NCBI GenBank assembly: GCA_964016885.1
Contig: OZ024741.1
Location: forward strand, 196,788,001-196,852,000
DNA from: Eledone cirrhosa
Taxonomy: Eukaryota
Direction of reading: 5' to 3'
DNA: 64,000 nt
Of the stretch, positions 39,410 through 51,756 are shown one piece after another. The notes under the pieces were generated by a model. It searched no databases. It was not told the origin of the DNA and saw only the letters and a list, made by a program, of their open reading frames with translations. Made by a program: the position numbers and the translations under genes. The first letter of the stretch is position 1. Each line of letters begins with the position of its first letter.

Positions 39410-41607
39410 GGGAAACAACTTAGACCAGAGAATCAAAGCCAGTAATGCATAGCGACAATCCTAAATGTTTACTGGTTGTTACTGTGTGTGTGAGCATTAT
39501 TAACACAGTCGCCTGATGACTGTCCCCTACTCCTGCCAATTTATGTTGTCTGCCTCGTGGTCCCAGCTGACTGGACAGAGAAGACATTGCCTCAGAGGAT
39601 GGCGACAGAGATATGCTGGAACAATCACTCCACCTCGTTGGACTTGCACCTGTGGGCAGCCAATTCCACTCCAATAACTGAGCAGGGATATGGTTTGGGG
39701 CCCAAGAACACTGGGAGTTTCCACTGTTACAGGCTCAACCACAAACCTATCAGAAAACAACCGATAATTTGACAGTTTGCCCTCTTTGACCTGGTGGGCA
39801 GCAGAGCCTGGGCTGGTAACCGAATGCACCAGGTTGCCACCAGAGAAACTGTCACAACATATAGCATCCAAAATGAGGGGCCTACTTTATCAGAATGGGA
39901 AGATTGTCATCCCGTCTGACCTTTTGCTGTCCCCTCAGTCCAGCCCCAATGGTTCTAGCTGGGAAGGGAAGCCTATGCCATCCAGGCCATGCTTTATGAT
40001 CTCGTTGAAAGGAGCATGATGTGGGAGGCAGCCTGCACTATAATGGCATGACAATGGGTGGAAACCGAAAAAATCCACAGTGGAACCACAGCAGCATTTG
40101 TGAGCCTGAGCTTTAGGGAAACACTGATGCATAAGCAGTCAATGTGCAGCTGGGTGCCAGTTACAAGTGATGGCACTGTGTTGATCCTGGCACCACTGTG
40201 GGGTTGCGAGGTGAGTGAAAACATGCCCGATGGTGCTGGTCGAGCTGACACACAAAGCCTATGTGAGGTCATGCTGCACTGGATGGCATCCCATTTGTTT
40301 TGGGGGGACTGGACATCTACAGAGAGGTTTATTAGGTCAAGCTGGTTCAATGCCATGTAGGCCACCTATGTTCACCGATCACAGTAGCTTTATTAGGAAG
40401 TCAAGCTGGTTCAATGCCATGTAGGCCACCTATGTTCACCGATCACAGTAGGTTTATTAGGTCAAGCTGGTTCAATGCCATGTAGGCCACCTATGTTCAC
40501 GGATCACAGTAGGTTTATTAGGTCAAGCTGGTTCAATGCCATGTAGGCCACCTATGTTCACCGATCACAGTAGGTTTATTAGGTCAAGCTGGTTCAATGC
40601 CATGTAGGCCACCTATGCTCACCGATCACAGTAGGTTTATTAGGTCAAGCTGGTTCAATGCCATGTAGGCCACCTATGTTCACCGATCACAGTAGGTTTA
40701 TTAGGTCAAGCTGGTTCAATGCCATGTAGGCCACCTATGTTCACCGATCACAGTAGGTTTATTAGGTCAAGCTGGTTCAATGCCATGTAGGCCACCTATG
40801 TTCACCGATCACAGTAGCTTTATTAGGAGGTCAAGCTGGTTCAATGCCATGTAGGCCACCTATGTTCACCGATCACAGTAGGTTTATTATTAGGTCAAGT
40901 TGGTTCAATGCCATGTAGGCCACCTATGTTCACCGATCACAGTAGATTTATTAGGTCAAGCTGGTTCAATGCCATGTAGGCCACCTATGTTCACTGATCA
41001 CAGTAGGTTTATTAGGTCAAGTTGGTTCAATGCCATGTAGGCCACCTATGTTCACCGATCACAGTAGGTTTATTAGGTCAAGCTGGTTCAATGCCATGTA
41101 GGCCACCTATGTTCACTGATCACAGTAGGTTTATTAGGTCAAGCTGGTTCAATGCCATGTAGGCCACCTATGTTCACCGATCACAGTAGGTTTATTATTA
41201 GGTCAAGTTGGTTCAATACCATGTAGGCCACCTATGTTCACCGATCACAGTAGCTTTATTAGGAGGTCAAGCTGGTTCAATGCCATGTAGGCCACCTATG
41301 TTCACCGATCACAGTAAGTTTATTAGGTCAAGCTGGTTCAATGCCATGTAGGCCACCTATGTTCACCGATCACAGTAGGTTTATTAGGTCAAGCTGGTTC
41401 AATGCCATGTAGGCCACCTATGTTCACCGATCACAGTAGGTTTATTAGGTCAAGCTGGTTCAATGCCATGTAGGCCACCTATGTTCACCGATCACAGTAG
41501 GTTTATTTGTGTTGTGGAGAATTGTGTTGATGAGGACATGGTAAGAGGACACTGATGAAAGAAAAGCCAGCAGGCCAGTGAGACGGGATAGGCTGCCATG
41601 GTGTTCT
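39410..41607 (-). mobile_element. Second CRE-like RLE retrotransposon relic, opposite orientation, with internal satellite
   Basis: HHAPFNEIIKHGLDGIGFPSQLEPLGLD, DAICCDSFS, PVTVETPSVLGP; clearly homologous to 45300-46200; 3' end abuts (TA)n. Confidence 0.8.
40325..41507. repeat. Minisatellite, 61-bp unit, about 19 near-identical copies
   Basis: Unit aggtttattaggtcaagctggttcaatgccatgtaggccacctatgttcaccgatcacagt; some 64-bp variants (+tat or +gag). Confidence 0.97.
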
Positions 41608-41995
41608 CATATATGATCATCATCATTTTAACCCATACACACCTAGCATACATATGTACAAATATATTTGATGATCATCAAAATTCTTATCAGACACATC
41701 TAGCTTATATATATATACAAATATATCAACATTTATACATTGACTTTTCCATGCTGCCATTTACAGCAAAATGCTTCTCTAAACACCTAACCTTTTACTT
41801 GCTTCTTATGAGATGCAGAGATGCTGTGTGCCTATTTTAAACCAGATACATATGAACTTATATATATACAGGCTTAAGTCTGACACATCGAACTTTCTTT
41901 CCTCTTTTCAATATAAAGTGTGAAACTAATAAGGCTTTTTGTGCCTGTTTCTCCTTGAACTCTCTCTCTCTCTATGTATACACACACACACACAT

Positions 41996-42039
<44 letters not shown>

Positions 42040-42510
42040 GGTAAAAAGAGGAATAACACATAAGTGATACAGTAGGGTTTCATCATCATCATCACCGTTT
42101 TATGCCCATTCTTCCACGCTAGCACAGCTTAGATGGGTTGTCCTGTTGTGAGCAATGCCAGGTCAGGTGACCTTGTCTTGCTAATACGGGACTGATTCTG
42201 GCCTGATGTCTACAGGTGGATGCCCTTCATAACACCAATCTCATTCACAGTGAGTACTGGGTGCCTTTCTAACGTAGCGCCTACACGACCACTTTACAGT
42301 GTGGACTGGGAGATTTTTGTCGTGACACCCACATGACCACTTTACAGTGGGAGTGGCTTGGGGCAAGCATTTACACATGTTTCAGCTCCTTGAAATCGCT
42401 ATTCTCAATTATCAGTTGTGAAAAATAAAATTCAAATACAGAGGAATATATTACAATGTTACTGGCAAATTTTTAAAACATATACATACATATATATCTA
42501 GGGGCGGGTA

Positions 42511-42545
<35 letters not shown>

Positions 42546-42779
42546 TTTCTTCTTAGCTTTGTACGGACGTATAACACATACACACATATGCTTACACACG
42601 TGCACGAGTATAGCTCTTTTTACAAAACGTTTTTTTTCCATTTCAGGTAGACATGCTCTATCATCCACTTTTCTAAAAAATAAATCATACTCGAAACGCC
42701 AGCACCCCGACAGTTTTGCAAAAGATGACAACATGAATGGACCTGTTATTTTTATCTAAAGACATTTTTTCCAATTCCA

Positions 42780-42940
42780 ACCCGCCTGTCCCCTCAATCT
42801 ATCTATTTCTCCTCCTTTCTTCTGATGAAGGACTAGCGTCCAAAACGTTAAGACCCTCTTCCTGCTATATCAAGCAATAACCTAATATATCCCTTCCATA
42901 TACTGTACCGATTGTGTTGTTATTTCTGTTTACCTTTTAC
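42780..42940 (+). mobile_element. Penelope-like terminal fragment with a degenerate minimal hammerhead motif
   Basis: ctgatga-a-ggac-tagc-gtcc-aaaac at 42822-42846 (GAAA core reads AAAA). Confidence 0.5.
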
Positions 42941-43044
42941 ATACATACACATATATATATATATATGCATGTATGTATATGTATGCTAAAAGATGTCAGT
43001 ATAAGTTGTCATTAACAGGTTAGACACAAACTAAGATTACTTAC

Positions 43045-43132
43045 AGAAAAGAACTTCATAGTCTCCTGAGTTACTCTGAATATATTGACTGTTCATTGAC
43101 CAGTCTATGTGAGTGATGAAACTGGAATGACC
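43045..43132 (-). CDS. EML1: EML exon
   Basis: GHSSFITHIDWSMNSQYIQSNSGDYEVLF plus T; 88 nt, phase 0-1. Confidence 0.95.
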
Positions 43133-44028
43133 CTGTAATAGAAATTAAGGAACAATCAAATCACTATTTCTGTCAATAAAGGTGGTGGATTGGTCATATC
43201 ATTAGAATGGTGGACAAAATGCTTGCAGTATTTAGTTATGACTTTCTACATTCTGAGTTCAAATCTTGCCAACATCAATTTTATTCACCCTTTGAGGTTA
43301 ATAAAATAAAGTACCAGTTAAGTACTGGAGTTGATACAATCAAATTTACCCTTTCCCCAAAAATTGCTGGCCTTGTGCACCTTTCTAATCACAGATATGT
43401 TCCCATTTTAGAAATTCTGTTTCCAGTCGCTAGTCTGATGTATCAAATTAAATCAACTTAGTATAGAAATAAGTATGAGTATGTTTTTTTCTTGTTCCAG
43501 AAGTGTTAAAGGTCATGTAACGGGCAGTTTTAAAATGTGTTTACAGTTTGAAACCTTTAGATTTTTTTATATCTATAGAAGCAGTGATATATGATGAGAT
43601 ATGTCTATATAATAGTATTATTAAAAGAAACCTACTTTGCCTAGTTTTCTATTTCTATACAGATACTATTATAATACAGTAGAAATAAAGGGCAAAGGAT
43701 GACAAATAAAACAAAACAAAATGATGTTTTTTACCCAGTTTATTTCAGGGTTAGGTTTCTTTTTTCAAATGCAAAACAAAAATGATGCATTCTTCCTTTG
43801 ATTTGTTTTGTCTTATTTGTCATCCTTTGCCCTTTATATATTTCTACCACATTGGACTGGCTTTCTGAACTTCTCATCAATTGTTACATATCTCACTATG
43901 CTTCATATTAACTATACAACTATTATAATATTTGGGATAGGCAAACTGAGAGTAAAATGAGGTTACTAGATACGCCAATGAATATATACTAAAATTTTGG
44001 CTGAAGGTATAAAATAAATATTACTTAC

Positions 44029-44126
44029 TGCACATTTTCCAATACGGCTATATTTACTGCCACCCTCAGAAACATGATGAATATATATACTATTGTCACG
44101 GGAACCAATAGCCAAGAAATTGCCGT
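44029..44126 (-). CDS. EML1: EML exon
   Basis: (D)GNFLAIGSRDNSIYIHHVSEGGSKYSRIGKCA; 98 nt, phase 1-0. Confidence 0.94.
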
Positions 44127-44849
44127 CTGAAAAGAAACAAAATGAAAGACACTGAATACAATTACGGATAATGTTATTAAATGGTTATTGTTATCAAAAT
44201 TAGTGGGTCCCAAACATATACAATATTATCTTCTTAATGTTATATGCTGATTATTATCATCTGAAAGGCACCAATCATCACAATAAGTGGTTTCCACAGT
44301 ATATATGTAAACAGATATACTTTGAGAGCTTTATTTTTAGAACAAACTGATTAATAAAAAATAGTAATTGCTAATTGTTAATATATATTTCTTCTATATT
44401 TCATCAAAACACATTTCTTCATAGTTTAGAGAATGTAACAAATTGACTGAGTCATTAGAATGTCAAATAGAAAGCCTTGTGGTATGTGTTCTGGTTCTCT
44501 GCAATCTCTGACTTCAAATCTCACCCAGATTAATTTTGCTGTTCATCCTTTTGTGGTCAATAAAAAATGTACCAGTACAGTACTGGGGTTGATCTTTCCT
44601 CTATATCTCTTTCTCACATACTCTCTGGAAGAAACTGATTGTGTTCAAATTGGAGTAGAGGATGAGCTCTGCCAGGTTTAAAATGTCCAAGACATGCTGA
44701 ATCTCATGACAGTGCCCCAATGCCTCTGGGCTTCTGCATGAGTATCCGTAAGGTGAGAGGCTTTTACAGGTGATGTAGGATTTTATGTTACTGGTACATG
44801 AACAGCATATTTTCACTGTATGGTGATTGAATATTTACCAGTATTTATG

Positions 44850-46530
44850 GCCTACAGTGAAGACCTAGGAATTTGAGCAGGCCCGTAGAGACTGTCTGCC
44901 TTGACCTACAATCAGTGGTGGGAATCGTCCTCCAGGTCAACTCGGCCAAGTCGGAGGTGGTGAATGTCAGCCACGATGCTGAGAGCTTTGCAGCCTCAGT
45001 CTCGGACGTGCAGTGACCCCCCAAAGAGGATGTCCTCATCCTCGGGTCACCGATCCACTCACCGCCCATCTGTTCCACCATCAGGTCCAGGCTCCAGCAA
45101 CTCAAGACCCTCATGAGCCGACTGGGCTTTATCGACAGCCACCCAGGTCTCTTCCTGTTGAGGAACTGCTTCGCCATGCCGAAGCTCCTCTATACCCTTC
45201 ACAGTGCTCCGTGCTACAGCCACGCATCTCCCCTCGCTGACCTCGACACTTGTATCCAAGCGGCAGCCGAGGAGATATGCAACGTCAGGTTTGGTGACAT
45301 TGGATGGCAACAGGCCACTTTACCTGTTAGGTATGGTGGCCTTGGCCTCCGGTCCCCGATCTTGTTGGCTTTGCCGGCATTTCTTTCATTGGTAACCTCG
45401 TTAGCAGGGTTCTCCAAAACAATGGAACCCTCTGTGATCGGGGAACGTGAGGCCACCTGTGAGACATGGGAGCGGTTGCGACTTAGCCCAGTAGACACCC
45501 CTACTCCTTCTCCCCCTGCTGATGTCAAGTCATTTGGGATGCCATCCAGTGCAGCCTTGCCTGTACTCGCGCGGCCTCCAAACCCCACAGTGGTGCCTGA
45601 CTTCTTGCCTTGCTCTCCTTCTCCACTGGCACGCAGCTGGATAACAATAGACTGCGCATTGGCGTTTCCTTCACGCTTGGCCTCCGGATCTGCGAGCCAC
45701 ATAAATGTCGCTGTGGATCCACCGTGGACTCTTTTGGCCTCCACCCGCCATAGTGCCTGCCAAATTCCATACCACGCTGCCCTCAACGAGGTTATAAAGC
45801 ATGGCTTGGACGCTGTAAGCTTCCCCTCCCACCTCGAGCCAGTGGGGCTGGACCGAGGGGATGGCAAAAGGCCAGATGGCATAACCATCTTCCTGTTCCG
45901 CGGTGGCAAACCCCTCATCTGGGATGCCACTTGCAGCGACACTTTCTCCAGCCACAACCTGGTGTAGTCTGCGATTAACCCAGGTTCTGCTGAACGTCAG
46001 GCTGAGGAGGCCAAATTCTCCAAGTACCGGTCGCTCTCCGACAGGTTCACGGTCGTGCCCTTGGCAGTGGAGACTTCTGGTGTCCTTGGCCCTAGGGCTA
46101 CCTCCCTACTCACCACCATAGGCACTGAGCTGGCCAGCCACAAGTGTGAGCCTCACGAGTTGGAATGGCTCTTCCCTTGCCACCCTCTGGGGGAAACACC
46201 TTCTCCATTCTGTCTGCCGGGGCTGTGGGGAGGCCAACACGTGGGACCCCATTTGCTCACCATACGGAGAGATGGGGAGGACGAGAGGGATGGAGGCAAT
46301 GACAGTGGGAGTTTGGCTCTTCCACGTTCGGGCCATATGCTTGTGGTTGTGTTCATCAAGCCCTAGTGGAGTAATGGGATTGAGTTAATCCTAGTTGGTT
46401 GTTTAAGGAATTGTCTCTAGCTTACATTTCCCCTCTTTGTTATGTCTTCACACTGAGTTCAAATGGTGGCATGAACTACACGACAGTTTTTTGTTATAAG
46501 TCTAAATTGGTTATTCGCTCTCAGTTTATT
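44850..46530 (+). mobile_element. 5'-truncated CRE-like (RLE endonuclease) non-LTR retrotransposon relic
   Basis: LLRNCFAMPKLLYTL, QATLPVRYGGLGLR, HAALNEVIK, EPVGLDRGDGKRPDGITIF...LIWDATCSDTF, PLAVETSGVLGP; 3' end runs into (TA)n. Confidence 0.8.
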
Positions 46531-47214
46531 ATATATATATATAAAGTCGGTGATATAGCATTGGATTAAAAATGTTTTGGTATTTGTTCCGGTTCACTGT
46601 GCTCAAATCTCGCTGGGATCAATTTTAGCTTTCATCTTTTCAAGGTCAATAAATAAAATACTGAGGTTGATTCTTTCTCAGCTGTTTTGATTTGGAGAGG
46701 AATGGGCTCTACCAGGTTTAAAATGCCCCAGACATTTGTGGCAGGACACCACCCATACAACTCTATCAGGAATTAAGGGATATATTTAATCTATATTTAC
46801 ATTATATTATATATATACATGTGCACACACAAAGCAAGAGAGGAAGAGGAAGTGAGCAAGATGTTTGGAAAATATTTTACCTCTACAATAATAAAGTTAC
46901 ACAATGGAAATCAATAAGAAAATATTAAGAAAATAAATGAGACAGAGACTATGTAGCAAAATTATTACACTTTTGTTTAGTTGAAAGGTGGTAAAAAGAA
47001 CCATTGAGTTTAATTAGAAGAGTTTAGTATAAATGAAGGGTATAATTACAGATCGAAAGCAGTGTGTTGGTTGTAATTATCTGTTTTATTAAGCTGTAAT
47101 TACATATGGTCAGATGAGTTACTTGGTATAATTTGAAGTAAACAAAGTATATAATGTGTTTGAGTAGAAGATTTAATACTTCAGGTTCAGCTGGACTGAA
47201 AAAGTGGAAATTAC

Positions 47215-47371
47215 CTGGTGAGAATCTAACACACTCAAGTTGTTCATTGCCATCACAATGGGTGGTAATAATTTCTCGTGTGGTCAGATCTAATACTAGC
47301 CAGCGTCCTGTCTGAGTACCAATTACAGCTAAGTGACCATCAGGATGGAAACAGCAACAATGGCCACACTC
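47215..47371 (-). CDS. EML1: EML exon
   Basis: ECGHCCCFHPDGHLAVIGTQTGRWLVLDLTTREIITTHCDGNEQLECVRFSP plus G; 157 nt. Confidence 0.94.
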
Positions 47372-47946
47372 CTGAAATAAGAATAACCCTTAATGTTATA
47401 TAGGTATATAACCTGATATGTATGAAATACAAATAAGATAACCAGACTATTTTAACTCCTTTGGTGACCATTTTTCGAATATAATACATTCTATTTCAAC
47501 TAATTAATGAAGAATTTAGATATATTTACTAAGATCATTAATTATTTCATTACTAAGATAGTAATTTAACATATGGTTCTTATATAATTTTATGTTGGAA
47601 TATTTTAAATAAAATAGGAACCTTTAAAAATGGGTGGTTTTGTTTCATAGAAACAGCTGGTTCTGGGCAGGTTGGTATTAAAAGTGTTAATACAATATGA
47701 AGAACATTTCAAAATTAGAATTGAAGGAAATGATGCTATTCAATTAGAAATTTGTAACAAATGAGAATCACTTAATAATTCAGCTTTGTTTCATTCATAT
47801 TGCCTCAAATTGATATATCTGGATAGCAGATAACTCCCACATGATAGAAGAAAATTACCACCTAATTCTGAAAGTGTTCCTGAATATTAAGAATAAAAGA
47901 AGTTAACATTATAAACATAATATAATAATAAATAAATAGAACTTAC

Positions 47947-48078
47947 ATTGATTTCTTTACTCCAGACAACTGTATGAGATAGGCTGTCCCAAAGATAAAC
48001 ATGTTTATCATAACCACAAGTAAGGAATTGGTTTTGAGTAGGATGAGGATACAATGCCCATAACTCATCAGTATGACC
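47947..48078 (-). CDS. EML1: EML exon
   Basis: GHTDELWALYPHPTQNQFLTCGYDKHVYLWDSLSHTVVWSKEIN; 132 nt; WD40 repeat. Confidence 0.95.
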
Positions 48079-49280
48079 CTGGATAATTCAGATAAATAAA
48101 CAGAGATAATTTGATAGATGGACAGCAAATAAAGATAGAGATGAATGGATAATATAAATGTGGCACAAAATAGAAGGAAGGGAAGATGGTTTGGACAAGT
48201 AGATATGTAAGTGATAGATACATGTAAATAAACAAATGATGTAGATATCTAAATAGGAAATGAAGATATCTAGATAGGAAATGAAGATATCTAGATAGGA
48301 AATGAAGATATGTAGATAGACAGATGATGTAAACATACAGATAGACAGATGATAGAAATATGTAGATAGAAAGATATTCAAGACATCTAGACAGACAGAT
48401 GACAGGATCATCATCATCATCATCATTTTTATGTTCACATTTCCATGCTGGTATGGTTTGAGGTAATGTTTTACAGCCAGATGCACTTCCTTTTTAGTTA
48501 TCCCTTACACCACACAGAGATATAAATAAATTTATTTAATAATTGTTTCTACTTTTGACACAAGGGCAGCAATTACCCAGTACATTACTGGTACTTTATT
48601 TTATCGACCCCGTAAGGATGAAAGGCAAAGTTAACCTCGGTGGGATTTGAACTCAGAACGTAACTATGCTGGAAAGTATGTCAGACCCTCTACCGATACT
48701 GCCAATTCACTGTCCTATTAAATTTATTTAATAATACCAATAAACATGATTACTAATCCAACTGGATATATGTACTTTTTTCTCAATTTAACAAAACAAA
48801 AACTTTAGACATGTATATATGGTAAAAATCCTGCTACATCCTCTAGACTTTTATAAACCCATGCCAAATTAGTTTTTGTGAGTTCATTGGAGTTTCATAG
48901 GCAGTTTCATTTTTACATTGAACTCAATGCCAGCACTACCTTTCTATTGACGAAACTTCTGTAAGGTGGAGAATTTGAATTCAGATTATAAAAAGCTGGA
49001 GCAGTATTTCATTTATCAATCCCAAAAGGATGAAATGCAAATTGATCTCTGGGATTTTAATTCAGAGTGCAGAGAGTTAGAACAATACTGCTAGGCATTC
49101 TATTTGAGGCATGAATGACTTAAAAAGTGTACACATAAAAATTATGTTTTGCCAGATTTTTCTTTTGGATCTTATTTCCAAATATATTGAAAAAAAAGAA
49201 AAAAAAAGAAATATTTATATTTGAAAGAAAAAAAAAAAGAAAAATATATCATATAATTTAATAAATTGTAATTAATTTAC

Positions 49281-49406
49281 CTGTATAATTGGGTTAAACT
49301 TGAGATATACAGTTCCTTGAAGAATACAATTTCTGGTAGTTCCTACTAGAATGAGATTACCTTTACCCTGGCTTAATGTTCTTACTGGTCCAAACTGTTC
49401 AGGTAT
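49281..49406 (-). CDS. EML1: EML exon
   Basis: IPEQFGPVRTLSQGKGNLILVGTTRNCILQGTVYLKFNPIIQ; 126 nt. Confidence 0.93.
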
Positions 49407-49988
49407 CTAAAATAAACAAAATATTTAGGTAGGGAATTAATAAAATATTACATTTTTGTATTTGTTTTTCAAGATTCTTGATGTGAAATTGTATATCAAA
49501 ACTAGTACATTTGAGAAAGACAAGATGGAGTAAATGGATTAAGACCAAGAAAAGGAGACACAGAGAAGAAGAACAAATGTAATTAAGAAGATCACACAAT
49601 GTGTAACAAAAGAGCATTGATGAACTAATAATAAAGCTGAAGTGAAAATCAAATAGTGCATGTGTTTTTATTGGCTAAATGATCACCCCCAAATATAATA
49701 ATAAAATATGGCTTTGGATGTTTTAATAGCTGTTTTGCATAAATGTTTCCAGTTAAGCACAGCAACGATGCTTTTAAAAAATTTAGACAATTTGTATATG
49801 TTGAAGTAAATGGTTTTTAAAGTTTGATGTCCTTCTAAATAAACATTTAATTATGCAAAGAGTGGACTAAATTGACTATGTAAATAGAGACAATTACATT
49901 TGTGCCTTGTCCACATCACAATCAACATGATGGTTATAGTAATAAAAGTGAAACTTAAATCTCACAATGAAAGCCATGTAAAACTAAC

Positions 49989-50149
49989 CTCTGTCAGATT
50001 TCCCGTTTGCTTATAAGAGTTACCATCCCATTCAACAATACGCCGATCTTTACCACCGCCTGACAGTAGAAGACCATTCTTTAAGACACACAATGAAAAC
50101 ACTCCTCCTTCATGAGCTCCAAGGATTGCTTGACTGATTCGATTGCCTC
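49989..50149 (-). CDS. EML1: EML exon
   Basis: GNRISQAILGAHEGGVFSLCVLKNGLLLSGGGKDRRIVEWDGNSYKQTGNLTE; 161 nt, phase 1-0. Confidence 0.94.
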
Positions 50150-50939
50150 CTAGGAAAAACAAAATAAAACAATTAAGTATGTCATAAAAGCCATTTTATA
50201 AGTAAGGCGTTATAAGGTAACATTTTAATACAAAATAATACTACAGTTGAGTTAGCATAAAAAAGCAATTTACTGATTACTGAAAACTGTTGGAACAACA
50301 AAATTACAGTACACAACAGCTATAATAGCATATTGAGTCCTAAATTCCTAATAAAATCTAGAGAATTAAATGTTAAAAATATATTTAATAGGGACCACTA
50401 TAAAGAGATATAAATAAAATGTGGACGTAGTAGGGCTGAATGGTTAAGGAGTTTGCTTTAAAATCATAAGATTCTGGGTTTGATTGCAATGCATGGCGCC
50501 TTAGGCAAGTGTTACTATAGCCTAGGCAGAAGTTAATTATTCTTTAAAGATATCTCCCACATTCATAGTGTCATACTGGTACTCAACAAAGATGTATTTA
50601 CATTAATGGCCTTCCAAAATATACATACAGATTTGTATGCCAGTTACAAGACAGCCATATGCTTGTGTAAAGCAATGGGAAAACACTGCATGTTAACTTT
50701 AACATGTATTAAAAGGTTATGAAAACAAACTGACATTTTCAAAGAACTTCACAATAAGCTAGATACCTACTTTTCATCCTCATCCTTTAACCTCCATCTT
50801 CTCTGCAAACAAGGGTTGGATGGGTCTTCACTGATTGAGTCATTACTTAAGGAGAGCTTGTAACCTCTCATGTGAGCCAGGGGCCTACATCTCATATAGG
50901 TTCCTGTACTCTATCGAGTATATTTTATTGTGGTACCTG

Positions 50940-51408
50940 TGCTAGGGAGGTTGTCATATCTTTAACACAGCTAAAGAGTCCCCCTGACTCTTTGTTTAGC
51001 AAGTTTTCTATGGCTGGATGCCCTTCCTATAATTAACGCATTTACAGAGTGTATTAGATACATTTATTGCATAGATTGCAAACACTAGGGAGCCTGTCAT
51101 GTATTTGACACAACTGAAGAGTCCTTCCGATCATTTTTTGGCAAGCTTTCTATGACCAGATGCCCTTCTCAGCCATCACTTTACAGAGTGTACTGGGTGC
51201 ATTTATAAAGTAGATCACTGACATTATGGAGGTTGTCATGTATTTGGCATAACTGAAGCATCCTCTTGAACCTTTGTTTGGCAGGTTTTCTAAAGCTGGA
51301 TAACCTTATCACTAACCACTTTACAGAGTGTACTATGTGCATTTATAATATAGATTATGTACACTAGGGAGGTTGTCATATTTTGACATAACTGAAGATC
51401 CCTTCCAA
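50940..51408. repeat. About 140-bp diverged tandem repeat (about 3.3 copies); same family at about 5715-5990
   Basis: Recurring ctagggaggttgtcat...ggctggatgcccttcct...actttacagagtgtactg. Confidence 0.75.
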
Positions 51409-51461
51409 TAGAAATAAATCACACTAAATTTTCCTTCAACCACAACACGTTAGACACTTAC

Positions 51462-51561
51462 CTTTACACCAAACAAATATATTTCCATTAGAATCTCCTG
51501 ATAATACATCTCCATTATCAGCAAATGCTATGCACAAAATGTATTTTGGCTTTTCATGTTT
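51462..51561 (-). CDS. EML1: EML exon
   Basis: KHEKPKYILCIAFADNGDVLSGDSNGNIFVWCK plus G; 100 nt. Confidence 0.94.
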
Positions 51562-51756
51562 CTGAAAGAAAAAAAAAACAACAACCAAACAAAAGTTTAA
51601 ATTAATGATTTAACATGCCAGAACATATTTTTTTGGAAAAAACAATACTTCATCCTCATTACCATTTAACATCTATTATTTTCCATACTTACACAAGTTA
51701 GATAGATTGTCATGTACTGAAACTCCAACACACACACACATTCATATATATACATG

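Noticed and set aside
40325-41507. CRISPR-like regular array
   Set aside because: Units are contiguous and near-identical with no unique spacers, there are no cas genes, and the context is a eukaryotic intron
45214-45957. 247-aa minus-strand ORF
   Set aside because: Antisense shadow of the GC-rich CRE-like ORF; no recognisable domain
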